Shown: positions 20,513 through 30,684 of the stretch, piece after piece
Layout of the letters: every line of letters starts with the position of its first letter
Position numbering within the stretch: the stretch's first letter is position 1
NCBI GenBank assembly: GCA_044440125.1
Contig: JBITAJ010000018.1
Coordinates: 1-64,000, forward strand
DNA from: Sedimentisphaeraceae bacterium JB056
GTDB taxonomy: Bacteria; Planctomycetota; Phycisphaerae; Sedimentisphaerales; Sedimentisphaeraceae
Length of the DNA stretch: 64,000 nt
Direction: 5' to 3'
The notes under the pieces: generated by a model
What the model saw: the letters and a program-made list of their open reading frames with translations, nothing else
Told to the model about the DNA's origin: nothing
Databases searched by the model: none
Program-made: the position numbers and the translations under genes

Positions 20513-21481
20513 TTAGCGTCTTAGGCCTACTGCGTTTTTAGCACGTTCAAGAGTTTTCTTTGCGACCGCTCTTGCTCTTTCGGCTCCATCATCAAGCACT
20601 TTACGAATATAATCTTTGTCTTTTCCGAGTTCTTCACGTCTTTCGCGGTATGGGCGGAAGTATTCAATCATAAGTTCTGCCAGACGTTTCTTTGCCTCGC
20701 CATAACCCATGCCGCCTTTCTGGTATTTTTCTCTCCAGTCGGAAAGTTCGCTTTCGTCTGTAAAAAGTTTCAGCAATGCAAACACGTTGCATTTATCCGG
20801 ATCTTTAGGCTCGTCAACACCCGCAGAATCCGTTAATATCCGCATTACCTTCTTCTTCATTTTCTTTTCAGGTTCGAAGATCTCGATAGTGTTGTTGTAG
20901 CTTTTGCTCATTTTTGCGCCATCAAGCCCAGGTACAACAGCTACAGATTCAACGATATGATCTTTGGGTATAACAAATGTTTCACCAAAATGATTATTGA
21001 ATTTATTGGCTATATCTCTTGTGATTTCTATATGCTGTTTCTGGTCGGCACCAACAGGTACTACTTCGCTGTCAAATGCAAGAATGTCTGCTACCTGCAA
21101 AAGCGGGTACGAGAATAAACCATGGTTTGGAGTAAGTCCCTTGGCAAGTTTGTCTTTATAGCTTACGCATCTCTCCATCATTCCCATCGGTGTTATACAG
21201 GAGAGAATCCATTCAAGCTCTACAACTTCCGGTACATCTGACTGACGCCAGAATACAGTCTTTTCAGGGTCAAGCCCGAGAGCAAGGTAGTCTGCAGCAA
21301 CGCCGTAAACGTATTCGTGAAGCAGATCCGGGTCAGGATTGCTGGTTAAAGCATGGTATTCAGCTATAAAATAGTAGCCTTCGTTTTCGTCCTGCATTGC
21401 GAGGTGCTGACGCATTGCGCCAAAGTAGTTTCCTATATGTAATCTTCCTGAAGGCTGTATGCCTGAAAGTATGCGTGCCAT
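20513..21481 (-). CDS. trpS: Tryptophanyl-tRNA synthetase
   Basis: SGIQPSG.LHIGNY, YP.LQ.ADIL, VPVG.DQ.QH.E, KMSKS. Confidence 0.97.
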   Translation of the reverse strand: MARILSGIQPSGRLHIGNYFGAMRQHLAMQDENEGYYFIAEYHALTSNPDPDLLHEYVYGVAADYLALGLDPEKTVFWRQSDVPEVVELEWILSCITPMGMMERCVSYKDKLAKGLTPNHGLFSYPLLQVADILAFDSEVVPVGADQKQHIEITRDIANKFNNHFGETFVIPKDHIVESVAVVPGLDGAKMSKSYNNTIEIFEPEKKMKKKVMRILTDSAGVDEPKDPDKCNVFALLKLFTDESELSDWREKYQKGGMGYGEAKKRLAELMIEYFRPYRERREELGKDKDYIRKVLDDGAERARAVAKKTLERAKNAVGLRR

Positions 21482-21503
21482 TGTTCAAAATTCCCAAAAA
21501 TTG

Positions 21504-22391
21504 TTAATTGATTCCTGCTGCTATCTTGGCGGATTCTACAGTATTGTAAAGCAGCATTGTTATTGTCATTGGGCCTACGCCGCCTGGTACCGGAGTGATG
21601 AAGCTTGCCTTTTCTTTAAGACCTTCAAAGTCCACATCTCCTACAAGCCTGTAGCCGCGTTCTCTTGTCGCATCTTCAACCCTGTTGACACCGACATCAA
21701 TAATAACCGCACCATCCTTGACCATATCCGGTGTGATAGTGTTTGGATATCCGGTGGCGGCGATAACTATGTCTGCCTTGAGTGTGTGAGCGGCGATATC
21801 TTTAGTTCTTGTATGACAGACGGTTACCGTTGCGTTTCCAAGTTCGCTTTTTTGGATGAGCATATTAGCCAGCGGTTTGCCGACGATATTGCTTCTTCCT
21901 ACGATCACTATTTCCGCGCCTTCTGTCTTAATTCCTGAGCGTTTGAGCATCTGGAGTACGCCGTGAGGAGTACATGGGAGAAATGCTTTCTCGCCAACGA
22001 CCATCTTGCCTACATTAACCGGGTGGAACCCATCGACATCCTTGGCTGGATCAATAGCCATCAATACTTTGGCTTCATCAATATGCTTGGGAAGCGGAAG
22101 CTGGACGAGTATGCCATTGATTTTAGGGTCGTTGTTTTTCTCGTGTATCAAGTCGAGAAGCTCTTGTTCAGTGGTGTCGGCGTCAAGTCTGTTGTCGTCA
22201 GAAAAGATACCTATCTCTTTGCATGCACGCTCTTTAGCCGTAACATATGATACAGAGGCAGGGTCTGCCCCAACGAGTATTACTGCCAAACCAGGTACAA
22301 TATTCTGGGGTCTAAGGCTTGTTATCTCGTCTTTGAGTTCCTGTCGTATTTGTGCAGCAACTTCCTTACCGCTTATTATTGTAGCAGACAT
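21504..22391 (-). CDS. folD: Methylenetetrahydrofolate dehydrogenase/cyclohydrolase
   Basis: Y...K, GILVQLPLP, KDVDGFHP, PCTP, GRSNIVGKP, DVG.NR, GDVDF, TPVPGGVGPMT. Start placed at ATG 22391 after GGAG. Confidence 0.97.
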   Translation of the reverse strand: MSATIISGKEVAAQIRQELKDEITSLRPQNIVPGLAVILVGADPASVSYVTAKERACKEIGIFSDDNRLDADTTEQELLDLIHEKNNDPKINGILVQLPLPKHIDEAKVLMAIDPAKDVDGFHPVNVGKMVVGEKAFLPCTPHGVLQMLKRSGIKTEGAEIVIVGRSNIVGKPLANMLIQKSELGNATVTVCHTRTKDIAAHTLKADIVIAATGYPNTITPDMVKDGAVIIDVGVNRVEDATRERGYRLVGDVDFEGLKEKASFITPVPGGVGPMTITMLLYNTVESAKIAAGIN

Positions 22392-22612
22392 TTTAACGAT
22401 AGTCTCCAAATTTTACTGTTAACATAACCAATAATGAAGGCACGAAAGCAAGAAAATCAATTTTACGCTCTAAAAGTCGTATTCCAGAAGAGTTATCGAC
22501 GAAAGAGTCAAATCAAGCAGCATGTGCCAACTGTTTTATTATTTTGAGGGGTATATTATCAGTAAAGAGGTTGTTTTGTCAATTAAAATACCTGCCTAAG
22601 AGATTAAGTTGA

Positions 22613-22671
22613 ACGGGATAGGACGACTTTTTGGAAAGTTTCAATTTAAGTCGCCTTATCCCGTGTTTTTT
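22613..22671. terminator. Long hairpin downstream of the URO-D-like gene
   Basis: ACGGGATAGGACGACTT ... AAGTCGCCTTATCCCGT, with a T tract on the + strand. Confidence 0.55.
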
Positions 22672-22675
22672 GAGG

Positions 22676-23830
22676 TCAGGAGAAGGTTTTTCTCATTTTT
22701 TCACAGTAATATTGCACAAGTTCCCATTTAGCATCTGGGGCAATGCGGTGATCGGGGCAGGGGATATACCCGCCGAGGTCTACCAGCGGTTTGAGTCTTT
22801 CGATTTCAGCATCGATTGCAGATTTGTCAAACGCGAAAACGGTTTTGTTCATTCCACCAACGCCGCGAAGCTCTTTGCCGTATTTCTCACGCCATGGCTT
22901 GATATTTGCGTCCCATGTTCCTACTTCAATAGGGAACATAGTGTTTACGCCATTGCCAAACCATGTCGGTATCAGGGCATCTATCATGCCGTCGCAGTCG
23001 AGTGATACTATGTTTATGCCGTAGCTGCCCAGCAGTTCGGTTATGCGTTTGTAGTGCGGCCCGACCTTCTGATCGAAGATCGAGGGCACTACCAAAGGAC
23101 CATTCTTGAAGCAGATGTCTTCCCAGAAATGACCGAAATCAAATTTTGCTCCTGTTTTAAGTACATATTCGGCACACTTGTACTCCAAATCCGCTACAGT
23201 GTCGATTATTTCAGTGTACAAGGCCTCGTCATCCATGTAGAGGTAGCTTACTTCTTCAACGCCTACCCAGTTTCTTATTCTGCCGAAAAGGCTCCCGCAA
23301 AACAGGCCTATCATGGTGTCCTTTCCTGTCGTTTTGAGGTATTCAAGTCCGCCTTGATTGAATTGCAGGAACTCTTCGCCTGTATTTACCCTGCTTTCTT
23401 CGATTCGTTCCGGTGAAAACTGGAGCCTTGGCAGGTAATGTTCTTCCCAGCTTTTGCGGTCTTTGAGGAGGTGGTCGATTTCGGTTGGTATCGATCCAGC
23501 TTCATCCTTCTGCATTACGATAACGCCGTCGGCCTGCCTCAGGTGTCTGGAACCGTCATCGTTTACTTTTACAACTTTTTCTTCGAAAAGTGGGTGTATA
23601 TCCACCTTTGGGTTGAAGCAGTTCGACCAGTTGGAGTCGAAACCAAGTTTTTCGCCTATACTTTTGTCGGCGGGGGTGCTGTCGAACCAGTTTTTTGCTT
23701 CATCTTTTGTTATGTGCCCCTCAGCGGCCCATTTGTCTAAGGTTTCGTTCCAGAAACCGAAATGAACTACCGGTAAACGGTCGTAGGATTCGTAATTCAA
23801 TACCGCTAAAATTCTTTCCCTGTTTGTCAT
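22676..23830 (-). CDS. Uroporphyrinogen decarboxylase (URO-D)/MtaA-CmuA superfamily protein
   Basis: MT.RER......DRLP, WED...KNGPL..P, DCDG, GG..K, GGYIPCPDHRI.PD. Confidence 0.8.
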   Translation of the reverse strand: MTNRERILAVLNYESYDRLPVVHFGFWNETLDKWAAEGHITKDEAKNWFDSTPADKSIGEKLGFDSNWSNCFNPKVDIHPLFEEKVVKVNDDGSRHLRQADGVIVMQKDEAGSIPTEIDHLLKDRKSWEEHYLPRLQFSPERIEESRVNTGEEFLQFNQGGLEYLKTTGKDTMIGLFCGSLFGRIRNWVGVEEVSYLYMDDEALYTEIIDTVADLEYKCAEYVLKTGAKFDFGHFWEDICFKNGPLVVPSIFDQKVGPHYKRITELLGSYGINIVSLDCDGMIDALIPTWFGNGVNTMFPIEVGTWDANIKPWREKYGKELRGVGGMNKTVFAFDKSAIDAEIERLKPLVDLGGYIPCPDHRIAPDAKWELVQYYCEKMRKTFS

Positions 23831-23930
23831 TGAAGCCCCTTTTTAAGGTTAAAGTAAGATTATTTTCTTTCAATATTTTTAACACTGATTACAATATATG
23901 CTTAAAATATCATAAAAATTCCGTTTTGCA

Positions 23931-24779
23931 ATGGATGATTATAATATTATGATGTACGAAAGTAATATTGACAATAGCAAATCACCGTCTATCTTTGAGA
24001 TCAAGCCGATTGTTCGCTTTTGCAACTATATCGAGGTAGAGAGTGGCAGTTTTTGGGGTTGGCGCATTATTCCAGACAGCGAGCTGATACTTGTAGTTGA
24101 AGGGTGTTTTTCTTATCAGACAAGGAACGAAGCCTTTACTGCGCAAAAGGGGGATGTTATTTGTATCCCGCCGCTTGTTGATCACCGCCTTACGCATATT
24201 CCCGAACATGGCAGAGGTGTTATAAGCTGCATACACTGCGACCCTTTCGATATATCGGAACCGACCCGCGATTCAGTGTTCTATACGCTTCTACGGCCTG
24301 TAACCGAAGTGGGGGATGAGTTTGCTTATTTTGAATCTCTATTCTCATTTGCGGCACGTTATTTCGGTTTCTCCGGGGTGCAGAATGATAAGCTTCAAGC
24401 CAGTATCGTAAAGACCATATGGTTATCTCTGCTTCGATACTGGAACAACGAATCCGGCACAAAAAGCTTATCTGAGACAACAGTTTCAATGATAAACTGG
24501 ATAAGGGAGAATATAACTAAAAGAATCAGTCGAAGCGATATTGCCAGTGAGTTCAATTACTCGCCTGAACACATCAACTACCTGTTCAAAAAGGAGCTGG
24601 GTGTAACTACTTCCCAGTTTATCAATCGTGAAAAAGTACTCTACGGCTTCCGGTTGATACGTCAGGATGGGCTGAATGTTAAACAGGCCGCAGATAAATT
24701 GGGATTTGTAGATCAATATCATTTCTCGAAAGTTTTCAAAAAAATCACCGGTATAAATCCAAGCCAGTACAAGAGATAA
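23931..24779 (+). CDS. AraC-family regulator (cupin + double HTH), divergent from the URO-D-like gene
   Basis: N-terminal cupin (ELILV.EG, GD...IPP...H); C-terminal LGF.DQYHFSKVFKK.TG..PS. The true start may be 23949 or 23952. Confidence 0.9.
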   Translation: MDDYNIMMYESNIDNSKSPSIFEIKPIVRFCNYIEVESGSFWGWRIIPDSELILVVEGCFSYQTRNEAFTAQKGDVICIPPLVDHRLTHIPEHGRGVISCIHCDPFDISEPTRDSVFYTLLRPVTEVGDEFAYFESLFSFAARYFGFSGVQNDKLQASIVKTIWLSLLRYWNNESGTKSLSETTVSMINWIRENITKRISRSDIASEFNYSPEHINYLFKKELGVTTSQFINREKVLYGFRLIRQDGLNVKQAADKLGFVDQYHFSKVFKKITGINPSQYKR

Positions 24780-24822
24780 GTTTTGTGTTTGTCTTTTTTT
24801 AAAGTTATGTTCTATTTTTGTC

Positions 24823-24851
24823 TTGACTATTCGACAAATGTAGAATAGTCT
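24823..24851 (+). promoter_or_regulatory. blaI promoter with overlapping BlaI/CopY-type operator
   Basis: TTGACT-N17-TAGTCT. Inverted repeat GACTATTC-GACA-AA-TGTA-GAATAGTC (24825-24850) carries a one-mismatch TACA-NN-TGTA core. Confidence 0.75.
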
Positions 24852-24879
24852 CTAATTAGTTAAATCTAAGGAGATTATT

Positions 24880-25290
24880 ATGGCGAGACAAAAACATACA
24901 GATGCCTCACGGCCTCAGCTTACGGATGCTGAGTGGGAAATAATGAATGTAGTTTGGGATAATGAGCCTTGTGCAGCGGGAACTGTTCAGGAAGCATTGG
25001 CCAAGACTAAGGATTGGGCTTACAGCACAGTCAAGACAACGATGGACAGAATGGCGGCTAAGGGGCTGCTGAAGATACAGAAAATTCGCAACCTGCAGCT
25101 CTTCAGTTCATTGATAAGCCGTGATGATGCCAGAAGCGGCGAACTCAAAAGAATGCTCAAACGTGCCTTTGACGGGGCACTCACACCGATGATGCAGTTT
25201 CTTGTAGAGAAAGAGGATTTCTCGCGAAGTGATCTGGATGAGCTTCGCAATCTTGTTGAAAAAAACGATCAGAAGAAGGATGGAAAATAA
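24880..25290 (+). CDS. BlaI/MecI/CopY-family repressor
   Basis: LTDAEWEIM.VVW, W.YSTVKT...R...KG, F.G....M...LV; AAGGAG RBS. Confidence 0.93.
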   Translation: MARQKHTDASRPQLTDAEWEIMNVVWDNEPCAAGTVQEALAKTKDWAYSTVKTTMDRMAAKGLLKIQKIRNLQLFSSLISRDDARSGELKRMLKRAFDGALTPMMQFLVEKEDFSRSDLDELRNLVEKNDQKKDGK

Positions 25291-25304
25291 CGGAGGGGCC
25301 AAAA

Positions 25305-28300
25305 ATGAATGCAATTATAGAATTATTGAATAATGCAGGTGAGATTTTTTGCGGCTTTGCATGGGGGATGCTTTGGCAGTCTTGCGTGTTGATATTGATT
25401 CTCTACTTGATAGACGTCTTGATCAGAAAGCATACCAGAGCGGTATTCAGGTATTGTATATGGATGCTTGTATTTGTGAAGCTCATGCTTTCACCAACGC
25501 TTTGCTTGCCAACGGGCTTGGGGTATTGGTGTCAGTTTGATATTGCTTCTGATGTTGCGACATCGCAGCCTATTACGCAGCCGGAGACAGTTACACCGCA
25601 AATTGAGGATCAGTTGCCGCCTGCAGTTTTGGAGAGAGAGAACACACAGAAGAGAGCTTCTAATACAGTTTCAAATGATTTTTCCCAATTAGAGACCGCT
25701 GCTTCTAAAACACAAATGCCTAAAAATATATCTGAGCCGTTGCCTCAAGAACCTTTGCCTGCTGCTGTTGCGATTACATGGCAGGCTGTTGTTTTTGTGC
25801 TTTGGCTGGTAGGCGTATTGGTGCTTACGGTGCTTTTGTGTCAGCGATTTTTGTTTGTTAAAAGTCTTATTGCCCAAAGCGATAAAGCCTGTGGCGATCT
25901 AAATGAGCTTTTGAATTCCTGCCGCAGTAAGATTGGGGTAAAAAGAGCGATTGAGCTTAGACTGACTAAAAATATGCTCAGTCCGGCGGCATGCGGGTTG
26001 CTGAATCCCGTGATACTTATGCCTGCCGCATTGCTTGACAAACTTTCAAAGGAGAAGTTGGAGGCTGTATTACTGCATGAACTTGCGCATATCAAGCGTG
26101 GCGATTTGTGGTTGAACTTTTTGCAGACGCTATTGCAAATCGTATATTTCTATAATCCGCTGCTGTGGTTTGCTAATGCTATAGTTCGTGGATTGCGTGA
26201 GAAGGCTGTTGATGAGATGGTGCTTGCCAAGCTTGGCGAAAGAGCAGGTAACTACAGTTCAACCTTGATTGATGTTGCGGAAATTGCTTTTGCGAAACCT
26301 CATTTCAGCTTACGATTAGTGGGCGTGGTGGAATCAAAGAAGGCTCTTAAAGATCGTATTAAGCATATCCTCAGTCGTCCTTTGCCAAAGTCGGCTAAAT
26401 TAGGCTTCGCGGGAATGCTTGCAGTATTTATAACCGCTGCGATTCTGCTTCCAATGGCAAAAGCAAAAGAAGTCGGTGAAAATGAGTTCTCTGTTTCTTT
26501 TAAGAATGGCACAACGGTTGAATTAGTAGCGGTTTGCGACTATCCAAGTGCGGGTAAACAATGGTGGGCTCCAACCGGTAAACCCATTGGTTATGCAATA
26601 GAAACAGACGATAGGAGTAACTATGTATTTGATGATCCCGGTTACGAGTTCATTTTCAGAAAGAACGGAAATGCAGACTTTAAGATTCAAAAAATAAAGG
26701 GCAGCGATACCATAAGCGGCTTGGCAGTAAAAGAGCCGGAGGCTCTTATTGGTAAACGCGGGCATATTAAGAGTCGATATAAAAAAACTGACATCAAGAT
26801 AGCATCGCCTTCAGGTCAGTGGAAAACAATTGTTCGATCTACCGGTGGAGGCTCTGTCAGTGGAACGATGAATGGCAAGACGATAGTTCTTGCCGCTGCC
26901 GAACGGGCGGGTGATGATGTTATTATATCATGCTCAAATATCGAAAACTATAAAAATGCTACACGAATTGTAGCGGTAAATTCTAATGGCAGTATTGTAA
27001 CCGGAAAGATTAAAACAGATACTTCAGTAGATGGTCTTCGCCAGCGAACAGTCAGTTTTTCCAATATTAAACTGGACGATATTGCGGAATTTATGTTTCA
27101 GGCTTGCGGCTATGAATATCATATATTCAAAAAAGTTTCTCTTGAATTATCAGATAGCGGCAGAGCCAAATTGTCTGACTTCAAAAAGACATTATCCAAC
27201 GGCGTCAGCGTTGAAGTGCTTGGTGTTTGTAAACATCCAAGCGAAGGTAAGCAGTGGTGGAGGCCGGAAGGCTCTGCTTATTATCCCAACTTCAGCACAA
27301 AGCAGAGAGGGCGGGTTTCAACCAGCGGCAAGCCGTATGAAATTGCTATAAAAGTAAACGGTTCTGGAGATTTTAATATTGAATGGGGAGCGAAAGGTGC
27401 AACAGGGTCATGCGAACTTGAGGTTTCAGGCATTGGACAAGAGAGTGTTGATGGAATTTATGCACAGAGATTTAATATAAATAGCGATGATAAAACATCT
27501 ATAATGGTAGGCATCGCAAAGGGCAAGTGGAATACGGAATTCACTAATCCCGGCAGTGGCAACAGCGGAATGGGTAGCTTTGGACACGGTATTAATTTCT
27601 CCAAGACATATGAAGTTGATGATGGAATTGAAGTAACTGTTAGCGATGATTTTATCGATATGGATTACAGATTGATCGCTGTTGACAAGGCAGATAAAAT
27701 CTATGTTTCTCAACGGCATGGCGGCACTACTGCCGGTAAAGTTAGACAGATAACGTATTGGTTTAAGGGACTTGATGTTGCTAATGTTAAAGAATTCCGC
27801 TTCCAGACGCGTCCATTTGAATTGGTAGAATTTGAAAATATTCCATTGAAGTTAGATGAACCGTTGGGTACTAAAAAACTTACTGATTTTAATAAGACAT
27901 TATCCAATGGTGTAGCGATTGAGATGATTGGTGTTTGTGATTATCCTGATACGGACAGACTATGGTGGACTCCGGATGGCGAATTAATTGAAGAACAGCC
28001 ATATGAATCAATTGAAAACATCATTGAAAATACCGATGGAGATTATAAATTAGTACAATTTGCGTTAAATATTTTGCACTCAAATATTGAGGATATTAAT
28101 GTTCAAGTGATCGTACCTTCGGCTGTTAGAACCTCTTTACGCAGCGTTGATTCTGATGATATGCAATCTGATGTTTTAGTGAAAAGTGTTGTTTGCAGTG
28201 TGCCAAGGTTGTTTAGTAAGCTTAATCAATTCAAGATTGGTGTTGCGAGCGGCAAGTGGATTAAAGTTTCTACAGTTAATACTACTCTGAGTGAAATATT

Positions 28301-30557
28301 TTCGAATAAAGAGGAATCTGGTAAAGTTTTTTGGGATGATTTCACTGAAAAAGACGGTAGAGCTTCGGTAAAATTGGCACACACCTTATCTGACCAGGAC
28401 TTTATCGTATTTGCCGAAGACATAAAAGGAAATATGATAAAGGCTTACGGTTCAAGTACTGACAGAAATACCGGTAAATACCAGTTTAGTCTTCCTAAAT
28501 CAGAGATAAAAGCCCTGCATTTTATGCGTAGGCCATACCAGTTCCTTGAGTTTGGTAATATCTCGTTAAAACCCAAGTGTCTTTCAAGTGCTGCCAGTTC
28601 GAATGCTGCAAAAAATACAAAGGCATTGAGGCATGAAGAGAAGGCATCAAAAGATAATCCGCTTCAGGCAGAGAATTTTGTTGCTGCGTTGCCTAATGGC
28701 GTCAGTGTTGAAGTGCTTGGCTTATGTGATCCTTTGAGTGAGGGTGATAAACAATGGTGGAAGCCCGATGGTGGTTTACTCAATAATCCTGTGCCGGAAC
28801 ATGGAATACCGTTTTTTTCTCCTGATAAGGGTAATATTGGAAGAGAAGTGGTTTTGAAATTTTTCGGTATTAATGCACGTGGTACAGGATTTGAACTTGA
28901 TTTGTCTACAGGACTTGGAGGTGCCACTACTTTTCCATTAAAATCGGATGTTCTAAATGGTCGCAGCATAGTTTTTCAGGCACCTCCAGAGGCCGATAAA
29001 ACTGATATAAAGATTGGAATTACGGCAGGCGAATGGAAGGATGATGCCTACCCAGTAACTTACGAAGCGATGACATTAAGTTCCAGTTTAGCTGTTGGTA
29101 TAACTTGGCAGGATGCCTATTCTGATGGCGAAAACACAAAGCTTAATCTTACCTTTGGCAGTACCAAAGTTGATATTAGAGTTTTAGCGGTAGACCACTC
29201 TGGTAAAAGGCATCCAAGCGTAGATCGGAAGGGTATGCCAATGAAAGAATTTGCAAGCTATCTTTTCACATTTGATGTGCCGTTGGGTAAGGTTAAATCT
29301 TTTGTATTGCAGGTTAGGGATTATCAATGGATGGAATTTAAGAATATCGCACTGAATCCAGATGTCGAAAAACAATCTGCTGAAAATGAAATATTAGCCC
29401 CAAGTGATGAAAACCTGATAAGGGAATATACTGTTGATCGCCGCGTAAAAGATTTTGATCCGAAAGATGATCTTTCTACGCCTGAGAGTGCGTATGTTGC
29501 GGGTGTTCGTATCTATGCCAGCGGAGAGCATTACCGATGGAAAGAAGTAAGCATTGAAAGTTTGGCCGAAAGACATCAGGATATAACAGAGGCTGATAAT
29601 GCAGATATACCACTGGATTTGAAAAATTGGCTGCTTGATACGTTAGTGGCCAAAGTTATGATTTGCGGCAACAATGCGGCCGTTATAGGCAAAAGACCTC
29701 TGATGCTTCAAGGTAATATAGTTGAAAAGATATTTGATTATCGAGAATATCTATTTGAAAACGGTAAATGGCTTTATACATCTAATGGTTCTCGTTATAG
29801 TTCCATAGAAGAAGCAGAAGGGAAGTTTGCTCAACTTGTTAGATATTCAATCGTTGAAAGTGATACTACATTTACTGAAAATAACAAAACAGATCTTATT
29901 AGTTATTGGCCTTTTGATGGTGATGCAAATGATAAAATAGGGAATAATCATGGTACTGTTTATGGTGCAATACTGACTGAAGGAGTTTTAGGACAGGCGT
30001 ATTATTTTGAGGGTGATGGCGATTGTATAGATATACCAAGATCAAGTATATATGATTTTGGCATGGGTGATTTGACTATTTCAGCTTGGTTTAGAACAAG
30101 CACAAATAAATTACCATTTCCATTTATAGTAAATTTCAGGCAGAATGATAATAATCCTCATATAGAACTTTACGCAAGCTACGATTTGGGAAGTCATTTA
30201 TTACCTGGGTTTACGAGGTTGACATATCCAGAGGCGGGAATTGATGATGATAAATGGCATCACATGGCTGTTACGCTGGATAATGGTGCAGAAAATGGTT
30301 ACAAGCTTTATCTTGATGGAGAGAAGGTTGCTGAGGCTACTTATACTGGTAGATTAGAAGATTGGGATTCTATTACAATTGGAGCACAGAAAAAAGGAGG
30401 AAATGAAGAAGCTGCATTCAAAGGATTTATAGATGAAGTTGCTGTTTATTCCAAACCGCTTACAAGCAAAGAGATAAAAGCTCTTTATATTTCGATGAAT
30501 ACAACAGATTCCGTTTCAGAGAAGATAGTAAAAGATGTCGTTAAAGCCGGGTATTAA
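25305..30557 (+). CDS. BlaR1-type M56 metallopeptidase sensor with giant repeated extracellular region and C-terminal LamG domain
   Basis: RY..W..V..KL, HELAHIKR.D, YNPL.W, E...D, L..RI..I. Four ~230-260-aa repeats follow, then LamG (YWPFDG...WHH.A...IDEV.VY...L). Confidence 0.9.
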   Translation: MNAIIELLNNAGEIFCGFAWGMLWQSCVLILILYLIDVLIRKHTRAVFRYCIWMLVFVKLMLSPTLCLPTGLGYWCQFDIASDVATSQPITQPETVTPQIEDQLPPAVLERENTQKRASNTVSNDFSQLETAASKTQMPKNISEPLPQEPLPAAVAITWQAVVFVLWLVGVLVLTVLLCQRFLFVKSLIAQSDKACGDLNELLNSCRSKIGVKRAIELRLTKNMLSPAACGLLNPVILMPAALLDKLSKEKLEAVLLHELAHIKRGDLWLNFLQTLLQIVYFYNPLLWFANAIVRGLREKAVDEMVLAKLGERAGNYSSTLIDVAEIAFAKPHFSLRLVGVVESKKALKDRIKHILSRPLPKSAKLGFAGMLAVFITAAILLPMAKAKEVGENEFSVSFKNGTTVELVAVCDYPSAGKQWWAPTGKPIGYAIETDDRSNYVFDDPGYEFIFRKNGNADFKIQKIKGSDTISGLAVKEPEALIGKRGHIKSRYKKTDIKIASPSGQWKTIVRSTGGGSVSGTMNGKTIVLAAAERAGDDVIISCSNIENYKNATRIVAVNSNGSIVTGKIKTDTSVDGLRQRTVSFSNIKLDDIAEFMFQACGYEYHIFKKVSLELSDSGRAKLSDFKKTLSNGVSVEVLGVCKHPSEGKQWWRPEGSAYYPNFSTKQRGRVSTSGKPYEIAIKVNGSGDFNIEWGAKGATGSCELEVSGIGQESVDGIYAQRFNINSDDKTSIMVGIAKGKWNTEFTNPGSGNSGMGSFGHGINFSKTYEVDDGIEVTVSDDFIDMDYRLIAVDKADKIYVSQRHGGTTAGKVRQITYWFKGLDVANVKEFRFQTRPFELVEFENIPLKLDEPLGTKKLTDFNKTLSNGVAIEMIGVCDYPDTDRLWWTPDGELIEEQPYESIENIIENTDGDYKLVQFALNILHSNIEDINVQVIVPSAVRTSLRSVDSDDMQSDVLVKSVVCSVPRLFSKLNQFKIGVASGKWIKVSTVNTTLSEIFSNKEESGKVFWDDFTEKDGRASVKLAHTLSDQDFIVFAEDIKGNMIKAYGSSTDRNTGKYQFSLPKSEIKALHFMRRPYQFLEFGNISLKPKCLSSAASSNAAKNTKALRHEEKASKDNPLQAENFVAALPNGVSVEVLGLCDPLSEGDKQWWKPDGGLLNNPVPEHGIPFFSPDKGNIGREVVLKFFGINARGTGFELDLSTGLGGATTFPLKSDVLNGRSIVFQAPPEADKTDIKIGITAGEWKDDAYPVTYEAMTLSSSLAVGITWQDAYSDGENTKLNLTFGSTKVDIRVLAVDHSGKRHPSVDRKGMPMKEFASYLFTFDVPLGKVKSFVLQVRDYQWMEFKNIALNPDVEKQSAENEILAPSDENLIREYTVDRRVKDFDPKDDLSTPESAYVAGVRIYASGEHYRWKEVSIESLAERHQDITEADNADIPLDLKNWLLDTLVAKVMICGNNAAVIGKRPLMLQGNIVEKIFDYREYLFENGKWLYTSNGSRYSSIEEAEGKFAQLVRYSIVESDTTFTENNKTDLISYWPFDGDANDKIGNNHGTVYGAILTEGVLGQAYYFEGDGDCIDIPRSSIYDFGMGDLTISAWFRTSTNKLPFPFIVNFRQNDNNPHIELYASYDLGSHLLPGFTRLTYPEAGIDDDKWHHMAVTLDNGAENGYKLYLDGEKVAEATYTGRLEDWDSITIGAQKKGGNEEAAFKGFIDEVAVYSKPLTSKEIKALYISMNTTDSVSEKIVKDVVKAGY

Positions 30558-30619
30558 AACGAAAGTTCAGGTTTCGATTTTAGAACCAGAGGATTAGGGG
30601 GCAGCATTATTCCTGCAAA

Positions 30620-30661
30620 TAAAAAAAGTCCGCCGTAAGATTTCTCTTTCGGCGGACTTTT
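30620..30661. terminator. Bidirectional terminator
   Basis: AAAAAAAGTCCGCCG...CGGCGGACTTTT. Confidence 0.85.
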
Positions 30662-30684
30662 GAAATTTTATAGTCAGGCGTTGT

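Noticed and set aside
22512..22530. Sigma-54 promoter upstream of folD (TGGCAC...TGC)
   Set aside because: GG-to-GC spacing is not the required 10 nt.
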